Assembly: GCA_964398115.1 (NCBI GenBank)
Contig: CAYNLP010000007.1
Coordinates: 1 to 39,835 of the forward strand
DNA from: an uncultured Methanosarcinales archaeon
GTDB lineage: Archaea; Nanobdellota; Nanobdellia; Woesearchaeales; CAYNLP01
Direction: 5' to 3'
Length of the DNA: 39,835 nucleotides
Shown here piece after piece: positions 36,202 to 39,835 of this stretch (position 1 is its first letter; each line of letters opens with the position of its first letter). Made by a program: the position numbers and the translations under genes. The notes under the pieces are model-generated. The model had not been told where the DNA came from and ran no database searches. It saw only the letters and a program-made list of their open reading frames with translations.

Positions 36202-38088
36202 TTACATGTCACCTCTGAACTTAGTATATAATAACTCGAGGATTAAAGCTATTAATCCTGCAATTATAAAGTAGTTGGTTAAAGGCTTTGGTTTTTCAGT
36301 CTCAACTTCTTCAGTTTGGATATCAGGAGTTAGAGTTTCGCTGAACTCACCACTAATATCTGATTCTTTACTGTTTATAAGATTAGCAGCGATATCTCTT
36401 TTCTGAAAGTTGTAAATCCCTTGTTCATCCATTAGGAAAGCTCCTTGCACTTCATTTCCTTGCGGTGTTTGAACCTGTTGTCCTTCAGGGAGTTGGATTA
36501 CTTGTCCCGTCCTTCTGTTTAGTGTTCCCACACTAGGCGTTCCGCTTAATATGTCGAGAACTCGCTTCCAAAAAATTGGGTAGTATAAATCATTTTTGAA
36601 AGTGCTTCTCATCGTGTTTCCATTTACTTGTATGTCTTCGTCGAAAATTCCATAGTAGAAAATGTTTCCACTTCCTCTTTGTTCATACGCTATCAAGGTT
36701 CCATTATCTCTTGCAGTTTTCGCTATTGGCCTCACTCCTTGGTTAGGACTTGTTTTGAAATAATAATCGACGTGTCCAAAACTAACATCTTGAGTTAAAC
36801 GATTCAACTCCGGCTTAGCTACTCGTATGTCACTTCCTTCAGTTACTTCTTCTTCAAAACTTACCGGCAATAAACTATCTAACGGTTGGAAGTTAAACAT
36901 TCCTCTCTGAGGAGTTATTATCAAATTACCTCCTTCTTCCTCTACTTCTTCTTGAATGCTGTTGAAAACTCCGGGTAGTATTTTATCTTGATCAAATTGT
37001 TTTAGGATAACAACGTCGTGGTTAACCTGCACGCTTTTTGGCGGTATCGCTTTTTCAATACTCAACTGATAGTTGGTTTTACTATTGATAGCTTTCAAAG
37101 CCACCCATAAGTTGCTCTGTTCAACATTTTCCTGATTGGTAATGACTAAAACGTCAAGTTGTGTGGTTTTAGGCGTGCTGATATAAGCGCTGTTATCTAA
37201 TTCTAACGCGTCGTCTACGTCCAGTTCTACAGTATTGACTCCAGTAGGAGTGGAAAATGTGAAAACTTCTGCGCTTCCACTACCAATTGTCAAAGTTTCT
37301 TCAATATCTCCTACTCGTAGAGTAACGGTTTTGTTTTCAGGAAAGTAATTCCTTACTTGCACACTAGTCTTTCTATCTTTCACCACGACGTCTACAATTC
37401 CAATGTTACTAACCTCGTTTGAAACTGGGATGAATTCTACAATTGCTCCTTTAGCTTTCAACGCGCTCTTTACGCTGTTAACGTCGTTATCCACCTCGGT
37501 TTCTAGAAAGTCGCTTAACACCACTATCCTAGTTTCTTCCTTGGCATAATCTAATGCACTTCTAACAGCGTCATAAATCGCTGTGCTAGTGTCAGAAGGT
37601 TCTAATCCTTGTATGAATTGTCTGGCTTCTTCTTTGTCTACTTTTTCCTTTGCCACTATCGGTCTGTTCTTAGCTAAAATTATAGTGTTTTCGCCTCCCA
37701 AGTTATCAAGGGCTTTTTCTTTCGCCTCGCTAAACCTTGTTCCCTCATCAGTTTTTGTTTGCATGCTAGCACTCACGTCTAAAACAGTTACTGTATGTTG
37801 TGCTAGGCTGCTTTCGGGAACTTCTACAAAGGGTTTGGCATTAGCTAAAGCGAGTAGAAGAATGGTTAAGAGTTGAAGCCAGAACAGCCAGTCTTGTGTG
37901 AATCTTTTGAAAAAGCTTTTCCTATCAGAAGCTCCCATGTCTTTCAGGAAGAACATCAGGCTTGGAATAGTTTTTTCTTGCGGTTTAGGTCTGATAAGGT
38001 ATAATATGATTAAAGGTAAGAGTGCGAGTAAGGCGTAAAGGCCTGAAACGTCCAAGAAATAATTGCTTAGGTTTACTCCCAAAACCAT
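36202..38088 (-). CDS. BatA-domain / vWA membrane protein
   Basis: PLIILYLIRPKP..KTIPSLMF BatA motif, LDVSASM MIDAS, LSDF, C-terminal TM. Confidence 0.88.
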   Translation of the reverse strand: MVLGVNLSNYFLDVSGLYALLALLPLIILYLIRPKPQEKTIPSLMFFLKDMGASDRKSFFKRFTQDWLFWLQLLTILLLALANAKPFVEVPESSLAQHTVTVLDVSASMQTKTDEGTRFSEAKEKALDNLGGENTIILAKNRPIVAKEKVDKEEARQFIQGLEPSDTSTAIYDAVRSALDYAKEETRIVVLSDFLETEVDNDVNSVKSALKAKGAIVEFIPVSNEVSNIGIVDVVVKDRKTSVQVRNYFPENKTVTLRVGDIEETLTIGSGSAEVFTFSTPTGVNTVELDVDDALELDNSAYISTPKTTQLDVLVITNQENVEQSNLWVALKAINSKTNYQLSIEKAIPPKSVQVNHDVVILKQFDQDKILPGVFNSIQEEVEEEGGNLIITPQRGMFNFQPLDSLLPVSFEEEVTEGSDIRVAKPELNRLTQDVSFGHVDYYFKTSPNQGVRPIAKTARDNGTLIAYEQRGSGNIFYYGIFDEDIQVNGNTMRSTFKNDLYYPIFWKRVLDILSGTPSVGTLNRRTGQVIQLPEGQQVQTPQGNEVQGAFLMDEQGIYNFQKRDIAANLINSKESDISGEFSETLTPDIQTEEVETEKPKPLTNYFIIAGLIALILELLYTKFRGDM

Positions 38089-38192
38089 ATAACTGTTTAC
38101 TTTCCCTCCTTTTTAAATATGACATAACTGGATTTTATATAGTTTTCCTTAGAAAAACAAAGAGTTTAAAAAGTAGTGATAAATAGTAATCG

Positions 38193-38210
38193 CTGTCCCG
38201 AATGGGACAG
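38193..38210 (+). promoter_or_regulatory. 5' UTR hairpin upstream of cold-shock gene
   Basis: CTGTCCC-GAAT-GGGACAG perfect 7-bp stem, about 20 nt after TTTAAAAA (38165-38172) and before AGGAGG RBS. Confidence 0.6.
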
Positions 38211-38236
38211 AGTTGAACAAAGGAGGAAAAACTATA

Positions 38237-38458
38237 ATGCCAGAAGAAGATGAAGAAAGACACACTGGAACTGTAANNNNNNNNNNGTTTGATCGACAGA
38301 AAGGATATGGCTTCATCGAAAGGGAAGAAGGCGATGATGTCTTTGTACATCACAGTCAAGTTCCTGAAGGCGAAGCACTCGCTGAAGATGATGAAGTATC
38401 CTTCGAAGTCGTTGAAACCGAGAAAGGTCTCCAAGCACAAGAAATTCAACTAGAGTAG
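38237..38458 (+). CDS. csp: Cold-shock domain protein (contains assembly gap)
   Basis: TGTV..FD..KGYGFI (RNP1), DVFVH (RNP2), KGLQA; AGGAGG RBS. Confidence 0.95.
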   Translation: MPEEDEERHTGTVXXXXFDRQKGYGFIEREEGDDVFVHHSQVPEGEALAEDDEVSFEVVETEKGLQAQEIQLE

Positions 38459-38563
38459 GATACTTCTCAAAAAAAAGTAGGAGGTTTTGTCTATTTCTTT
38501 TTGTTATTTTTATCTACGAAAAATTTTTAACCTAACAAATTCTAGATGTAAGTAGTTGATAGT

Positions 38564-38830
38564 ATGAGTGAAGTCGTTGGCCCAGGAGTAGACGTTCCAA
38601 TAAGAAGCTTAGATGACGTGTTAGAAGAAGTTGAAAAATGGGCGGAATGTAAGGAAGATGGCGGGCATGAATACCGAGATGTTAGTTCTCCGATAGGCAT
38701 TCCTAATGGAGCAGTTATACAAAAATGTAGAAGATGCGGATCACCTGGTAGTAGATCAACAAGCAGAGGCGAGGTTATGGATTATAGGGAACGCATGCAA
38801 AAAGCGCTTAAGACAGAAGTAATATATTAA
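38564..38830 (+). CDS. Small hypothetical protein, possible Zn-binding
   Basis: C-x5-H ... C-x2-C; upstream TATA-like TTTTTAA. Confidence 0.55.
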   Translation: MSEVVGPGVDVPIRSLDDVLEEVEKWAECKEDGGHEYRDVSSPIGIPNGAVIQKCRRCGSPGSRSTSRGEVMDYRERMQKALKTEVIY

Positions 38831-38831
38831 G

Positions 38832-39689
38832 TTAAAAGACTAACGCAGCAGCTCCTAACACCCCGCTTGAATCTCCCAGTTCATTCTCTACTACTTTGCA
38901 GGACTGTCCAGAGAGTTCTAAACTGTGTTTTCTCATCTGTTCGTTTAAGTCATGGTAGACGGGGAGGTTGGAAACGCCGCCGCCCATAACGATTTTTTCA
39001 GGATTGAAGATGTTAACCAAGTTTCCGAGTCCAACTCCCATATCACTCAACACTTTTTCAATAACTTCGGAAGCTATGTCTTCATCACTTTCTAGGATGT
39101 CATCTGGTTGGGGATTTTCTAAATCCCCCCCATTTTCTTTGTATCTTCTCACAATGTTTGGTCCGGAGCAGTAGTATTCCCACGTTCCTTTTCCTCCAGG
39201 TTCAAAACCTTCTTCATTTTTGCAAATAATCATCTGTCCTATTTCTCCAGCGCCTCCAATACTTCCTCGTAAGAGTTCGCTTTCCGTTATTATTCCTCCG
39301 CCTATGCCTGTACCCCAGATGACGCCTATCATGTTTTCACAATCTCTTCCTGCTCCCCATTTGTATTCGGCTAGTGCGAAACAATTAGCATCGTTTTCGA
39401 TAACAAGATTTGGAAATTTTCTTTTCAACTTTTTCAACGCTTTATTCACTCCTTCCACATTTGGACTGCTTTCTACTTGGTTGTCATGTATAAATCCGGG
39501 GGTTCCTAAGCCAATCCCTAATATTTCTTTGTCTTTAACTTTGTCAATTACTTTTTCTACTGTGTTTACAATAGCTGAAGGTTTGGAGGGTGTTTTCATT
39601 CTTATTTTTTTATGTCTATTTCCGGTTTCATCTACCAAAGCTGCTTCTATTTTTGAACCTCCAAGGTCTACGCCAATTGAGTGTTTCAT
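38832..39689 (-). CDS. ROK-family sugar kinase (glucokinase-like)
   Basis: GVDLGGSK, ENDANCFALAE, GTGIGGG, AGEIGQ, MGGGVS, GVLGAA. Confidence 0.92.
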   Translation of the reverse strand: MKHSIGVDLGGSKIEAALVDETGNRHKKIRMKTPSKPSAIVNTVEKVIDKVKDKEILGIGLGTPGFIHDNQVESSPNVEGVNKALKKLKRKFPNLVIENDANCFALAEYKWGAGRDCENMIGVIWGTGIGGGIITESELLRGSIGGAGEIGQMIICKNEEGFEPGGKGTWEYYCSGPNIVRRYKENGGDLENPQPDDILESDEDIASEVIEKVLSDMGVGLGNLVNIFNPEKIVMGGGVSNLPVYHDLNEQMRKHSLELSGQSCKVVENELGDSSGVLGAAALVF

Positions 39690-39730
39690 ATTCTACGTTT
39701 TGGATTTTAGATGTATTTAAGATTTATCTT

Positions 39731-39752
39731 TAATTATTGTCTATATTGAAAA
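39731..39752 (+). repeat. 22-bp dispersed intergenic motif, copy 4 (TAATTATTGTCTATATTGAAAA)
   Basis: 21/22 identity to copy 1; between aldolase-like stop and ROK promoter. Confidence 0.85.
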
Positions 39753-39755
39753 GAA

Positions 39756-39835
39756 TTATAGTTCTCCATCGCTGCCAAACATATCCATCTTACTTTCAAC
39801 TACTTCTTTCACAACATTGATAGGTCCTTGCATGT
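39756..39835 (-). CDS. 3' end of probable class II fructose-bisphosphate aldolase (truncated by window edge)
   Basis: ...MQGPINVVKEVVESKMDMFGSDGEL* resembles the VKEVVxxK(I/M)xxFGS C-terminus of class II aldolases; only 25 aa visible. Confidence 0.55.
   Translation of the reverse strand, partial: MQGPINVVKEVVESKMDMFGSDGEL

Noticed and set aside
524..39752. 22-bp motif as CRISPR repeat or IS/MITE end
   Set aside because: Copies are isolated and kilobases apart, with no spacers, cas genes, transposase or target-site duplications seen.

Overview
A 39.8-kb scaffold segment with three N gaps (21016-21025, 24486-24585, 38277-38286) from an archaeon. Archaeal markers include a histone, Hjc, aMBF1, NAC, Sec61beta, RibL, TATA-like promoters and an RNase P RNA. 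Gene content and compactness suggest DPANN, probably Woesearchaeota-like (inference). It carries housekeeping genes; two AglB/STT3-like membrane genes lacking WWDYG followed by a processive GT2 and a thioredoxin-fold protein; an RNase P RNA gene (15035-15374, minus); a bacterial-type pentose phosphate operon (gnd-zwf-pgl-tktN-tktC); a CuA-lipoprotein/DoxX/NDH-2-like cluster; an approximately 1800-aa Ig-repeat surface protein; a MoxR/DUF58/vWA operon; csp; a ROK kinase; and the probable 3' end of a class II aldolase. The most unusual non-coding signal is a 22-bp motif (TATTTATTGTCTATATTGAAAA) found four times, always intergenic. By eye, these copies sit at switches in a strong strand-composition skew that does not follow gene orientation. 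No CRISPR array, tRNA, rRNA or clear mobile element was seen. All calls come from motif recognition; no database searches were run.
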